DNA of 64,000 nucleotides from an uncultured Pseudomonadota bacterium. GTDB lineage: Bacteria; Pseudomonadota; Alphaproteobacteria; RF32; CAG-239. Both the position numbers and the translations under genes were made by a program. The notes under the pieces are model-generated. The model was given only the letters and a program-made list of their open reading frames with translations. It searched no databases and was not told the DNA's origin. Shown here piece by piece: positions 50,040 through 58,549 of the stretch; position 1 is the stretch's first letter; every line of letters begins with the position of its first letter. The stretch is taken from contig CACWQS010000002.1 of NCBI GenBank assembly GCA_902763155.1, forward strand, positions 137,566 through 201,565, given 5' to 3'.

Positions 50040-50726
50040 TCAAGCATATTGTGCCAATAAATCTTTCCAAACCTGCGGCGCATCTATTTCATCAAAATAG
50101 GTTTTCAAAAAATTGACAATTACTTCATGTCTTTTTTCTATAAATCTGCGCCCCGGTTCGGTCAAAGCCATACTGCGCAACCGAAACAGTTTATCAAAAA
50201 AATGATTTACAATCGGGCAATAAGTTATTTTCTTATATTTTTCCGCATCCATTTCTACCGGCAGATAATCGGGATCAAAAAACGGCTCATTACCACCCGA
50301 ACGATGGGCGCGGTATTCAATACAACGAATAACCCCTATTAAGCCGGTTGCATCGGCCATATCCGCATCAGAAACTATCTTGCCTTCTATACAATCCGGC
50401 ACAATCCCGCTCAAACGCTTGCTGTAGCCGATTGTTTTAACAATTTTGAGACAATTATTGATAAAATCATCGTCAAATCCCGATTTTGCCAATATACGAC
50501 ACGTATTTGTTAGCAAACGCGCAGATTCTTCTCCGAATAATTTATAATCGTCGCAGTCATGCAACAGAGCCGCGGCAGCAACCAAATCACGATTGGCATC
50601 ATTAATCTCATCGCAAAATTTCATGGCATTTTCATAAACGCGAAATACATGCTTATCATCATGCCCGCTAAAATCATTATGCAACAACTCAAAAACAGCT
50701 TGTTTTATATACTCTATACCGCTCAT
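50040..50726 (-). CDS. HD-domain phosphohydrolase
   Basis: H...HD motif region (AAALLHDCDD) and a conserved D further down. Confidence 0.7.
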   Translation of the reverse strand: MSGIEYIKQAVFELLHNDFSGHDDKHVFRVYENAMKFCDEINDANRDLVAAAALLHDCDDYKLFGEESARLLTNTCRILAKSGFDDDFINNCLKIVKTIGYSKRLSGIVPDCIEGKIVSDADMADATGLIGVIRCIEYRAHRSGGNEPFFDPDYLPVEMDAEKYKKITYCPIVNHFFDKLFRLRSMALTEPGRRFIEKRHEVIVNFLKTYFDEIDAPQVWKDLLAQYA

Positions 50727-50744
50727 ATAAATCTCCTCTGATGT

Positions 50745-51434
50745 TTATATTTTAAGTCGGCGCCTGTGTTTTACAACCGCAAAAGCGTGGCTTTCTTTGA
50801 GTAGCTCAAACAAAACCTCGTCCGGCACAGTATCGTCAAGTGTAATTGTAAGCCAATTTTTCTTATTCATATGATACGCCGGATAAAAGCCGGCCTGCTT
50901 GTGCAATTCCGGTATTTTCGCCTCATTTAATTTAATATTCATTACCTCAACTTCACAGGAAAGCTTTTTATTTAACTTGCTTCGATCGATGCTCATAATC
51001 AGCGCATACCATTTGCCGTTATCCGGATTTTTGAAAACTCCGTAATTGCAGTTTTCCCACGGGAAAACCGGCGCGTCACCGTAAGCGTCAAAAATTGCCT
51101 GCGTTAAGCGGTTGGCCTGCGAATGCACAAAATAGTTAATCCGGCAACAATTTGCTTTGATTCTTTCCAAAATCTTTTGATATTCGGCACGCACTTCGCC
51201 GGCAAAACCCTCCATATCTTCAACGCGCAACGGCAAAAATTCATCATCGGTGGCTGTTTCAAGCACTTTTCCGGAAACATTACTTTGCGGGGTAATATTT
51301 ACCACTGCTTTAAAATCGCCATCCATAAACAGCTCGCTATACGTCCACTTGCCGTCAGACTTGATAAATCCGAACTTTTCAAGCCGACCAAAATCAATAA
51401 TCGTGCGTTTAAATATCTTATCTTCTATGGTCAT
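50745..51434 (-). CDS. MmcQ/YjbR-family protein with an N-terminal extension
   Basis: The C-terminal ~120 aa (PWENCNYGVFKNPDNGKWYALIMSID...KKNWLTITLDD) resemble MmcQ/YjbR. Confidence 0.55.
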   Translation of the reverse strand: MTIEDKIFKRTIIDFGRLEKFGFIKSDGKWTYSELFMDGDFKAVVNITPQSNVSGKVLETATDDEFLPLRVEDMEGFAGEVRAEYQKILERIKANCCRINYFVHSQANRLTQAIFDAYGDAPVFPWENCNYGVFKNPDNGKWYALIMSIDRSKLNKKLSCEVEVMNIKLNEAKIPELHKQAGFYPAYHMNKKNWLTITLDDTVPDEVLFELLKESHAFAVVKHRRRLKI

Positions 51435-51460
51435 AATTTACCTCTTGTCTCTGAGCATAA

Positions 51461-51799
51461 ATGTTTCTGCGCAAAATTGCAAATCTATTCAAAAAATTTT
51501 TACATTTCGCTACCGATTATGCCGTTATTACGGAAGACAGAAAATCCCAAGCAAAAAAGCGCGGCAAAGCAAGAGACAACAAATACGCACCGTTTCGCAA
51601 ATATTTTAAAAATTTGCAACAACAAAAATTTATAGAATTTAAAAATGCAGGACTTGTATTAAAAGCAAGCGAATTCTTGTATTGGTTTTTAGAAAATAAA
51701 ACAGAAGAAATCGTAATACCATATAAAAAAAGTAATCAATATTATAAATTGATAGGGTTAGCTCAAGAAAATAACAGAGAGTTTAAAAAGTACCTATAG
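51461..51799 (+). CDS. basic hypothetical protein
   Basis: 112 aa, K/R-rich. Its stop abuts the start of the next gene. Weak RBS. Confidence 0.3.
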   Translation: MFLRKIANLFKKFLHFATDYAVITEDRKSQAKKRGKARDNKYAPFRKYFKNLQQQKFIEFKNAGLVLKASEFLYWFLENKTEEIVIPYKKSNQYYKLIGLAQENNREFKKYL

Positions 51800-51800
51800 A

Positions 51801-52211
51801 ATGCAAGAGGCACTTACCTCGCTTCGCAGTATATTTTATTTGACGTGTTTTGATGTATTTTTTGTTTATGCTTTTTTATTAAAGAAAATGAAAGAACAAC
51901 AGAAGATATCTTATTTATTTTCCAGCAAACATATAAAATTACTTGAAGTCGTTATCAGTAATTTGTTTTATTACTTATGTTGGGTTATAATAGGATTTTA
52001 TTTTATAAGTATGAGTATAAATATAATTTCTTTGTATTTTGACCCTTACGATATGGATAGTTGCTTGGATACGGGTATTTGTAGAGAAGGTATTACTTTT
52101 GACAATTGCGAAGACGGTCTACCATGTACCATAACCAAAGAAAGTTGTATAGAAAATAGCAATATATGGCTTGAGGATATCCGTAGTTGTGACATTAGGC
52201 ACAACATTTAA
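51801..52211 (+). CDS. small membrane protein with C-terminal DSCLDxG Cys-rich tail (paralog of 12520..12801)
   Basis: TM helices, then MDSCLDTGICREGITFDNCEDGLPCTITKESCIEN. Compare VDSCLDAGKVWDYEQKICRDDCLTWNEKIGC at 12.7 kb. Confidence 0.45.
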   Translation: MQEALTSLRSIFYLTCFDVFFVYAFLLKKMKEQQKISYLFSSKHIKLLEVVISNLFYYLCWVIIGFYFISMSINIISLYFDPYDMDSCLDTGICREGITFDNCEDGLPCTITKESCIENSNIWLEDIRSCDIRHNI

Positions 52212-52444
52212 AATATCAATATTTGGGAATTTTTACTTGCGTATTAGGTAATTATTCGGTAACTATCCGGTAAATATTCGGAAATAAAACGCAAAAAACT
52301 TGCGCTTAGGGCTTTGCTAAGCAAGGAATTGCCGAAGAAAACTACCCGCAGTATGGCACAAATTTTTGGGGTGGTTCGCCGGAAAATAACTACGGTTTCG
52401 GCACTTCAAACATAAGCGGCAATATTGAAAATGTTACAAACCAG

Positions 52445-53155
52445 TTGAATAATGATGGATTTGGTGGCGGAGTAAGCAACGGTTTCGGTAGCGGAGCGAG
52501 TAATAGCGGTTTTGGTAACGCACCAACCAACAGCTACGGAAATAATCTCAACAATAATCAAACCAATAACGGATATAATTATACAACTGATATTCAAAAA
52601 CAGCAGTGTATTGATTCGTCTGGAATGCAATGCACACCGCAAAATAACAATAATTCTGCCAATATGACATCTAGGTATCCGGATTATTCACAACCGGCAT
52701 CTTTGGAATTTGACGGGCAGAATTTGGTTTGGTTGCAAAATGGTCAACCGGTAAAGTATTATCCGGCAGTATCAGGAAGAGCAGATTATCAAAGTGCTCA
52801 ATACACAAATGAAAGGAAAAGGGGTCCTATTCCTGAAGGAGATTATTTGTTAGGTCAAGGGACCGGAGAAGATTATAACAATAAAGAAGAAATGTCTTGG
52901 TGGAGAAAATTTGTACCATGGAATGATAATCCTTGGTATGAAAATCCTGCGGCATGGGGGAAATCTCGTATTCCTATTCAACCGCTCCCTACCACGAATA
53001 CATTCGGCCGGCATAGTATGTATGTCCATGGTGGGAATGTTCCCGGTTCGGCAGGTTGCATAGATTTAACTTATGCTAATGATGATTTCTATAATGATTT
53101 TAAAAATTATAATGGAACTTTACCTCTCAAAGTCAAGTACAAAAAAGGTTGGTAA
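52445..53155 (+). CDS. L,D-transpeptidase-fold (YkuD/Tlde1-like) domain protein with a Gly/Asn-rich N-terminus. Likely a toxin cassette, and the 5' end may be truncated
   Basis: The C-terminal domain carries YYPAVSGRADY...GPIPEGDYLLG...GRHSMYVHGGNVPGSAGCIDL, a His/Cys catalytic pair in LD-transpeptidase-like spacing. The only in-frame start is TTG at 52445. The frame stays open and is still G/N-rich (NYPQYGTNFWGGSPENNYGFGTSNISGN) back to a stop at 52307, with no ATG. Confidence 0.5.
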   Translation: MNNDGFGGGVSNGFGSGASNSGFGNAPTNSYGNNLNNNQTNNGYNYTTDIQKQQCIDSSGMQCTPQNNNNSANMTSRYPDYSQPASLEFDGQNLVWLQNGQPVKYYPAVSGRADYQSAQYTNERKRGPIPEGDYLLGQGTGEDYNNKEEMSWWRKFVPWNDNPWYENPAAWGKSRIPIQPLPTTNTFGRHSMYVHGGNVPGSAGCIDLTYANDDFYNDFKNYNGTLPLKVKYKKGW

Positions 53156-53162
53156 TTTTAAG

Positions 53163-53193
53163 GAAGGCAGGGAAAAATTCCTTGCCTTTTTTA
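53163..53193 (+). terminator. terminator-like hairpin after the toxin-domain ORF
   Basis: AAGGCAGG-GAAAAATT-CCTTGCCTT followed by TTTTTT. Confidence 0.45.
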
Positions 53194-53244
53194 TTATTTA
53201 TTTTATATATTGAATCACAATACATTATTAGCAGAAGGTGTGAA

Positions 53245-53580
53245 ATGTTTACAAAATTTAAAAAATATATGAAGGTTATTGCATATATTATCTTTACTTT
53301 GGTTGAACTCTTTTATATTAGAATAATCTTTGCACTTTATAATGCTATTCAAATCACCAGAGATGGTGGCTTTGTTAAATCCATTGATGAGAATAATCCC
53401 GTTTGGTATTATCAGTCTGAAGATAATATGATTTTACATGATAAAGTATTAATTGGTGGCTTTTTGTTATTTTTGATATTACCATTTATTTTTATCCGTA
53501 AACCGCAATGGGCTATATTATTGCAAGTCTTTTGGCTGGTGTTGGCTATTATCGAAGGATACTATATAAAATCATTATGA
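53245..53580 (+). CDS. small 3-TM membrane protein (candidate immunity/accessory)
   Basis: MFTKFKKYMKVIAYIIFTLVELFYI.... RBS AGGTG. 111 aa. Confidence 0.45.
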   Translation: MFTKFKKYMKVIAYIIFTLVELFYIRIIFALYNAIQITRDGGFVKSIDENNPVWYYQSEDNMILHDKVLIGGFLLFLILPFIFIRKPQWAILLQVFWLVLAIIEGYYIKSL

Positions 53581-53606
53581 CAAAACAGCCTTTTAGGAGC
53601 AATCAA

Positions 53607-53933
53607 ATGAAAATCACCTTTCAAAAAATTAAGAATGTAGGTAAATACTTTATTTTTGGTCTTTTATACATCTTTGGAATACTCAACTTATATTTCTTTT
53701 GGTTAAGAGCATGGCGCGTAAAGGATGTTATGAATTATACTGATGCAAATTATAAAGGATATCTTGATATCATTGAAATGTACGTTGGTTATATAAGCGG
53801 ATGGTCTATTTTATTTATAATATCATTTGTGTATTCGCTTATTTATATTAAAAATAAATCCTTATATGCATTCATGTGGCTATTTTTACCCGTAATTTAT
53901 TTGTTAACTTTAGCATATCATGAATATTTATAG
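53607..53933 (+). CDS. small 3-TM membrane protein (candidate immunity/accessory)
   Basis: MKITFQKIKNVGKYFIFGLLYIFGI.... RBS AGGAG. 108 aa. Confidence 0.45.
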   Translation: MKITFQKIKNVGKYFIFGLLYIFGILNLYFFWLRAWRVKDVMNYTDANYKGYLDIIEMYVGYISGWSILFIISFVYSLIYIKNKSLYAFMWLFLPVIYLLTLAYHEYL

Positions 53934-53972
53934 GAAGATTTCTTGGCAGTAAATATCCGAAGGAGGATTGCG

Positions 53973-54185
53973 ATGAACTCATACGACGATATATTAAAAA
54001 GAATTGGTAAATATATAGGATATACTATACTCTTTATTCTTTCTTTGATTATAATAGGTGTAGTTGCAGGTATTACTTGGTACGCACTAACCGAACATAG
54101 CTATAAAGATTGTGATAATCAATTTATCAATGGTTGTATGTCAGCAGGGTTAAGTGAAGAAGTCTGTAAAGGCAGAGTTTATTAA
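53973..54185 (+). CDS. small 1-TM membrane protein with YKDC...C tail
   Basis: RBS GGAGG. TM helix, then HSYKDCDNQFINGCMSAGLSEEVCKG. Paralog of the next gene. Confidence 0.45.
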   Translation: MNSYDDILKRIGKYIGYTILFILSLIIIGVVAGITWYALTEHSYKDCDNQFINGCMSAGLSEEVCKGRVY

Positions 54186-54203
54186 GCTGTGAGGATTTAT
54201 TGG

Positions 54204-54431
54204 ATGACAGAAGAACACCAAATATGCGTAAAGCAAATATTAGATAAAGCAGTTAGCGGTATTTATAAAATTGCACTTTATTGTATCGTATTTGTTTTAA
54301 TCTGTGTTATAGCTTTCTTTTTCTTATATCCGCATTATCAGGAATATGCATACAAAAAAGATTGCTTGCAAAACGGGCACCAAAAAGAATGGTGCGAGAA
54401 GACGTGGCAGGAATTATTAGAGTTGGATTAA
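54204..54431 (+). CDS. small 1-TM membrane protein with YKKDC...C tail
   Basis: TM helix, then YAYKKDCLQNGHQKEWCEKTW. Paralogous to 53973..54185. Confidence 0.4.
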   Translation: MTEEHQICVKQILDKAVSGIYKIALYCIVFVLICVIAFFFLYPHYQEYAYKKDCLQNGHQKEWCEKTWQELLELD

Positions 54432-54837
54432 ATCTATCAAGCAGGCTTGTCAGAAATGGCAAGCCTTTAAAATACAACACATTAATTTAAAGGTATCCGG
54501 TTTCGCCTTTGGTATATGATTGCCATGTATATGGCACGTTTCGGAAGATTTTTGCCATTGCCGCGGAATTATATCGCAAATTCAAAGCATTATAAAGAGA
54601 GTTATTTTCCACTACCGTTTCAGGCGTTTTAGTACAAATCAAGCGGATTTACGGAATTTCAAAAGACAAAGACATCGTGGTTTTGATTATTAAGGGCGAC
54701 GAGATTGGCTTGATTTTTTGTTAAAAAATCTGCGCCGCTGCGTCGGCTTTATACGGCGATACTCCCGTCTCGCCAAGCCTCCTTGTCAAACACGCTCCCT
54801 TGCGTGTTCGCACCTTATTGCACGCAATCTACAAATG

Positions 54838-54867
54838 CAAAAAAGCCACCTAAAATGGTGGCTTTTT
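54838..54867. terminator. bidirectional terminator hairpin 3' of tRNA-Pro
   Basis: AAAAAGCCACC-TAAAAT-GGTGGCTTTTT. Confidence 0.7.
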
Positions 54868-54874
54868 GTGTTTG

Positions 54875-54951
54875 TGGTCGGGGCGACATGATTCGAACAC
54901 GCGACATCTTGGACCCAAACCAAGCGCTCTACCAGGCTGAGCTACGCCCCG
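54875..54951 (-). tRNA. tRNA-Pro (anticodon UGG), CCA encoded
   Basis: Reverse complement CGGGGCGTAGCTCAGCCTGGTAGAGCGCTTGGTTTGGGTCCAAGATGTCGCGTGTTCGAATCATGTCGCCCCGACCA. Acceptor CGGGGCG/CGCCCCG. Anticodon loop UUUGGGU. Confidence 0.85.
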
Positions 54952-55112
54952 TCGCAGAACATATATTTACACCATATTTATTTTTTTGCAAGCATTTTTT
55001 TTATAAAAAATTAAGTAGTAAAAATGGTACCGAAAACACACATTTTTGGTAACAAAAAGCACCTAAAAAGAGTATTTTTATACATACCTCGACGACTGTA
55101 TATCATTTTTAC

Positions 55113-55160
55113 AAAAAAACTCCCGCGCGAACCACCAAAATCGGCAATTCATCGCGGGAG
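55113..55160 (-). terminator. rho-independent terminator for the GC-rich gene
   Basis: CTCCCGCG...CGCGGGAG hairpin with a T-run on the minus strand. Confidence 0.55.
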
Positions 55161-55176
55161 CTAAAGTATTTTATCT

Positions 55177-56358
55177 TCAGAAGAACTTCTTTTCAGTTGT
55201 TCTCAAAAGATAGTCCTCAAATTTCTGAGATGTCCTGTCATACCCACCACCGAGGAAGTACTTATAGTCCTCGAGCATCATGCTGATACCGGAATCGTAG
55301 TCCTCCGGTGTGAACGATGCGCGGGCAAACAAGTCGCTGAGGATAATGTTCTCTACTGCGGTCTCGTGATCCACTCCATAGAGCAACTCCTGATAGTTGG
55401 GCCATCCCATATTGGAATAGTTCACAATAAGGTCGTAGAACATTTCCCAATCAGCCTCTGCCACGCCTGGCATAAGGTAACGCTCGGGGCGCTCGCTTGT
55501 GGTCTTGCCATCAAACGTGATGGTGTCCTTATACAAAGGACCAAGACTGGCGGCGATATAACCCATGGCAATCTCCGAACCTACCTGAGCCTCGGGAATT
55601 ACGTAACGATTATACGAATACCACATTGGGCAATGAGCCAAAACCAGATTGATGCGCACCTCGGAGAACTTTTCCTGGCGCAGTTGCCACATCCACTCGG
55701 CAAGCAAACGCTTGTCGTAATATGGATTGCCGCTAACCATAACGAAGGTTACCTCGTCAAGGCTACGCATTTTAGCGAACTCATAGAGTTCAACAAGATT
55801 TCCCTCGGTGTCATCATCATCACACAAGGTATAATTCTCATACACCCAATTACGATCACCCAACTCGTCCATAATTGCATAATAAGAGTCATACTCCGTT
55901 TTGCGAATCAGACCTTCCATGCGGTAGAATAGGTCGACAAATAATCCTTTGTTTCCCTCCTTACCGGAAGAAATAAAAGGAAGCAACTGACCGGTCTTCT
56001 TGGCGTAGAAACGCAGAGCCTCGAAAGCATACAGCGGGGCGTGCATAACACCTGAGAAGCAGTAGAGGAATGGGTTCACCATACCCTCCGGCAAGTCGTA
56101 GAGATCAACCACGCGAGCGATTGATATACCGCCCTGTGCATTGGGATATGTAAACTCTTCACCGGGCTTCAAACCACCCAATTCTTCGGCGGCATTAAAG
56201 AGAGCTGCTGACCACTCAATGCGGCGCGGCTTAAGTACATTAACGCGTTCAGCCATGAAGGCACGACCGGCAGCGTTACAACGAGATTTGTTCTCACCAT
56301 GTAGGAGTTCTTTGAACTCCGCCTCAGAAACATTGAGGCAGTCATAATACTTTTTCAT
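55177..56358 (-). CDS. hypothetical protein with atypical (GC-rich) codon usage. Has an acidic DDDD segment, possibly a DxD-type transferase
   Basis: 393 aa. GC-ending codons are enriched, and local GC is about 10 points above the neighbours by eye. YTLCDDDDTEGNL segment. No family recognised. Confidence 0.5.
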   Translation of the reverse strand: MKKYYDCLNVSEAEFKELLHGENKSRCNAAGRAFMAERVNVLKPRRIEWSAALFNAAEELGGLKPGEEFTYPNAQGGISIARVVDLYDLPEGMVNPFLYCFSGVMHAPLYAFEALRFYAKKTGQLLPFISSGKEGNKGLFVDLFYRMEGLIRKTEYDSYYAIMDELGDRNWVYENYTLCDDDDTEGNLVELYEFAKMRSLDEVTFVMVSGNPYYDKRLLAEWMWQLRQEKFSEVRINLVLAHCPMWYSYNRYVIPEAQVGSEIAMGYIAASLGPLYKDTITFDGKTTSERPERYLMPGVAEADWEMFYDLIVNYSNMGWPNYQELLYGVDHETAVENIILSDLFARASFTPEDYDSGISMMLEDYKYFLGGGYDRTSQKFEDYLLRTTEKKFF

Positions 56359-56460
56359 AATCCTTAATTTTAATTTATAATAATATTTTTTAATCAGCTA
56401 GATATTAGCACTTTTTGCCATATTTGTCAAATAAAATAAATAAAAAGAAAAATCAAGTAA

Positions 56461-57285
56461 TTATAAAACCGGTTCAACCATATCGCATATCTCGGCATAA
56501 TCTTGCGGATAGCACAAAATACAGTGTTTTTTCATCATCATTTCATCATCAAAATATTGCGCAGAAATGCAATCATACACCCTATCAGTACCATATTCAA
56601 AAATTTTCATTCCCAAATATTGCGCAATCGGCAACACTCCGGCCATGTCCCACAAGTGCATATACATACAATATGCCTTCGATTTTCCTACCAATGTATA
56701 AATGCTTTGGCTGACTGCCGAAAAAAAGTTCAAAAACAATGCTTTTTCTATATTATAGCCTTTTTTCAAGCGCCATTTCCACGCATGCCCGAAAATAATC
56801 GGCGATTGCGAATGTGTTTGCGGCTTTAATTCCGTTATTACCTGATTTTCGGTAAACGCCTCGGTTACATAATATGCTTTTTTATCACAATACGCCAACT
56901 CACGGGTTTCCGGCAAATAAATAAGCCCGATTAACGGCTTTCCTTTTTTATAAACCCCTATTGTAATTCCATACAGCGGCAAACCGTTAGTATATAAAAT
57001 TGTCCCGTCTATCGGATCTATCACAAATTGATATTCGCTCTCATTTATTTTTTTGAAAATATCTTTACCGTATTGCTCAATTTTTTCTTCATCTATAATC
57101 ATATAGTTAAGTGTCGAAAAATGTTTTTCTATTGTTTTAGCAAATAAATCGGAAACATAAATATCAACCTCGGTAACCACCGAACATACCGTTTTATCTT
57201 TATTTTTTTGTAAATGCAGATTCTTTTGCCTGCGCTTCATTTCTGCACCGGCTTTTTGCGCAAAATCCAATAAAACATCTATCAT
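56461..57285 (-). CDS. inositol monophosphatase family protein (SuhB/CysQ-like)
   Basis: Metal-binding motifs EVDIYVSD...FVIDPIDGT and the C-terminal WD motif (HLWDMAG). Confidence 0.7.
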   Translation of the reverse strand: MIDVLLDFAQKAGAEMKRRQKNLHLQKNKDKTVCSVVTEVDIYVSDLFAKTIEKHFSTLNYMIIDEEKIEQYGKDIFKKINESEYQFVIDPIDGTILYTNGLPLYGITIGVYKKGKPLIGLIYLPETRELAYCDKKAYYVTEAFTENQVITELKPQTHSQSPIIFGHAWKWRLKKGYNIEKALFLNFFSAVSQSIYTLVGKSKAYCMYMHLWDMAGVLPIAQYLGMKIFEYGTDRVYDCISAQYFDDEMMMKKHCILCYPQDYAEICDMVEPVL

Positions 57286-57289
57286 AATT

Positions 57290-58549
57290 TTACCTTTTAT
57301 CTTTTATTAAAAAATATATAATTAACAAACTAGGCAAGCTCATCAATGCCGAAACGATAAAGAAAATTTTCCATCCCAAAAACTGTGCCACCACCCCGCT
57401 GGTAGAAGAAAAAATATCGCGTGAAGCTCCCATTACTGATGATAAAAGCGCATATTGCGTGGCGGTATATGCCTTGTTGCACAACGAAGAAATATATGCA
57501 ACCAATGCTGTTGTTGCCATACCGGAAATAAAGTTTTCAACCGTTACCACTATAATAAATAACGGCATATTATGCCCGTAAATTGCTTGCAAAGAAAACA
57601 ACATTGTTGACAGACATTGCAAAATTCCGGCATATAACAAACCTTTTTTCAAACCTATCTTAGTTATAATCAGACCACTGACAATACCGCCCATTATTGC
57701 CGCAATCATACCATAAAGCTTCATCACATTGGCAATTTCTATCTTAGAAAATCCCATATCATCATAAAAAGGATTTAATAGCGGATTAACATAAGCATTA
57801 CTTAAATGATAAGTAAAAATCAGCACCACAATCCAACCCCAGTGCTGTTTTTTTATAAAATCCTTAAACGGCGCAACTACCGACGTGTTTAAAAAATCTT
57901 TCATTCTTTGTTTTTGCTTTTTATATTGGTAGGTTACCGCCTCATTGGCATAAATCATAGCCACCAACCCGACCAAAGCACCTATTGCCATAAATTTATA
58001 TGCCACATTCCAATCATAAAGCGCAGCAAAATAAAGCGCTCCGGCGCCGGAATATATCAACCCTAACCTATACCCAAGCACAAATATTGCTACTCCGTTG
58101 GCTTGCTCATCAGGATTTTTTTCAAAACACTCTACCCTATATGCGTCTAAAACTATATCTTGCGAAGCTGATAAAAACGCCGTTACACAAGCCAAAATAG
58201 CCATTAAAGCCGAATTTTGCGCCGGATCTATACACGACATCACAAAAATAGCTGTTAATAACAATATTTGAATAACCATTGCCCACGAGCGCCGACGACC
58301 TAATTTATGTAAATAAGGTAATTTTATATTATCTATCAGCGGTGACCACAACCATTTTACTGAATAAGGAATTTTTACTAAAGAAAAAGTTCCTATTATC
58401 GCTAAAGTAAGTCCGGCTTGTTTAAGCCATAATGTTAATGTTCCGAAAACCAATAAATAAGGAAATCCGCTCGAAAAACCAAGTGCCAATAATATAAGCA
58501 TTTGTTTATTTATATAAGTTTTATATATATATTTCAGATATTTAAGCAT
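57290..58549 (-). CDS. ampG: MFS transporter, AmpG-like muropeptide permease family
   Basis: 12 TM helices. N-terminal signature G..PY....TL..WL...G.....IG......KIPYSVKWLWSPLID...GRRRSW. Confidence 0.65.
   Translation of the reverse strand: MLKYLKYIYKTYINKQMLILLALGFSSGFPYLLVFGTLTLWLKQAGLTLAIIGTFSLVKIPYSVKWLWSPLIDNIKLPYLHKLGRRRSWAMVIQILLLTAIFVMSCIDPAQNSALMAILACVTAFLSASQDIVLDAYRVECFEKNPDEQANGVAIFVLGYRLGLIYSGAGALYFAALYDWNVAYKFMAIGALVGLVAMIYANEAVTYQYKKQKQRMKDFLNTSVVAPFKDFIKKQHWGWIVVLIFTYHLSNAYVNPLLNPFYDDMGFSKIEIANVMKLYGMIAAIMGGIVSGLIITKIGLKKGLLYAGILQCLSTMLFSLQAIYGHNMPLFIIVVTVENFISGMATTALVAYISSLCNKAYTATQYALLSSVMGASRDIFSSTSGVVAQFLGWKIFFIVSALMSLPSLLIIYFLIKDKR

Noticed and set aside
52230-52300. Short imperfect repeats (ATTCGGTAA / ATCCGGTAAAT / ATTCGGAAAT), considered as a possible CRISPR or iteron
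   Set aside because: Only three short, irregular units with no uniform spacers. No cas genes anywhere. Not a CRISPR array.
54500-54840. Possible gene remnants in the about 400-nt noncoding gap 3' of tRNA-Pro
   Set aside because: Short open stretches only, with no consistent frame or motif. Could be decayed sequence, but there is not enough to call a pseudogene.
45630-54870. Looked for integrase, transposase or phage structural genes to support a mobile-element call
   Set aside because: None recognisable. The 47491 ORF has only a faint HTH-like resemblance. No mobile_element feature is reported.
56415-56714. 99-aa plus ORF overlapping the IMPase-family gene
   Set aside because: Antisense or overlapping shadow, no RBS, His/Gln-rich nonsense composition.
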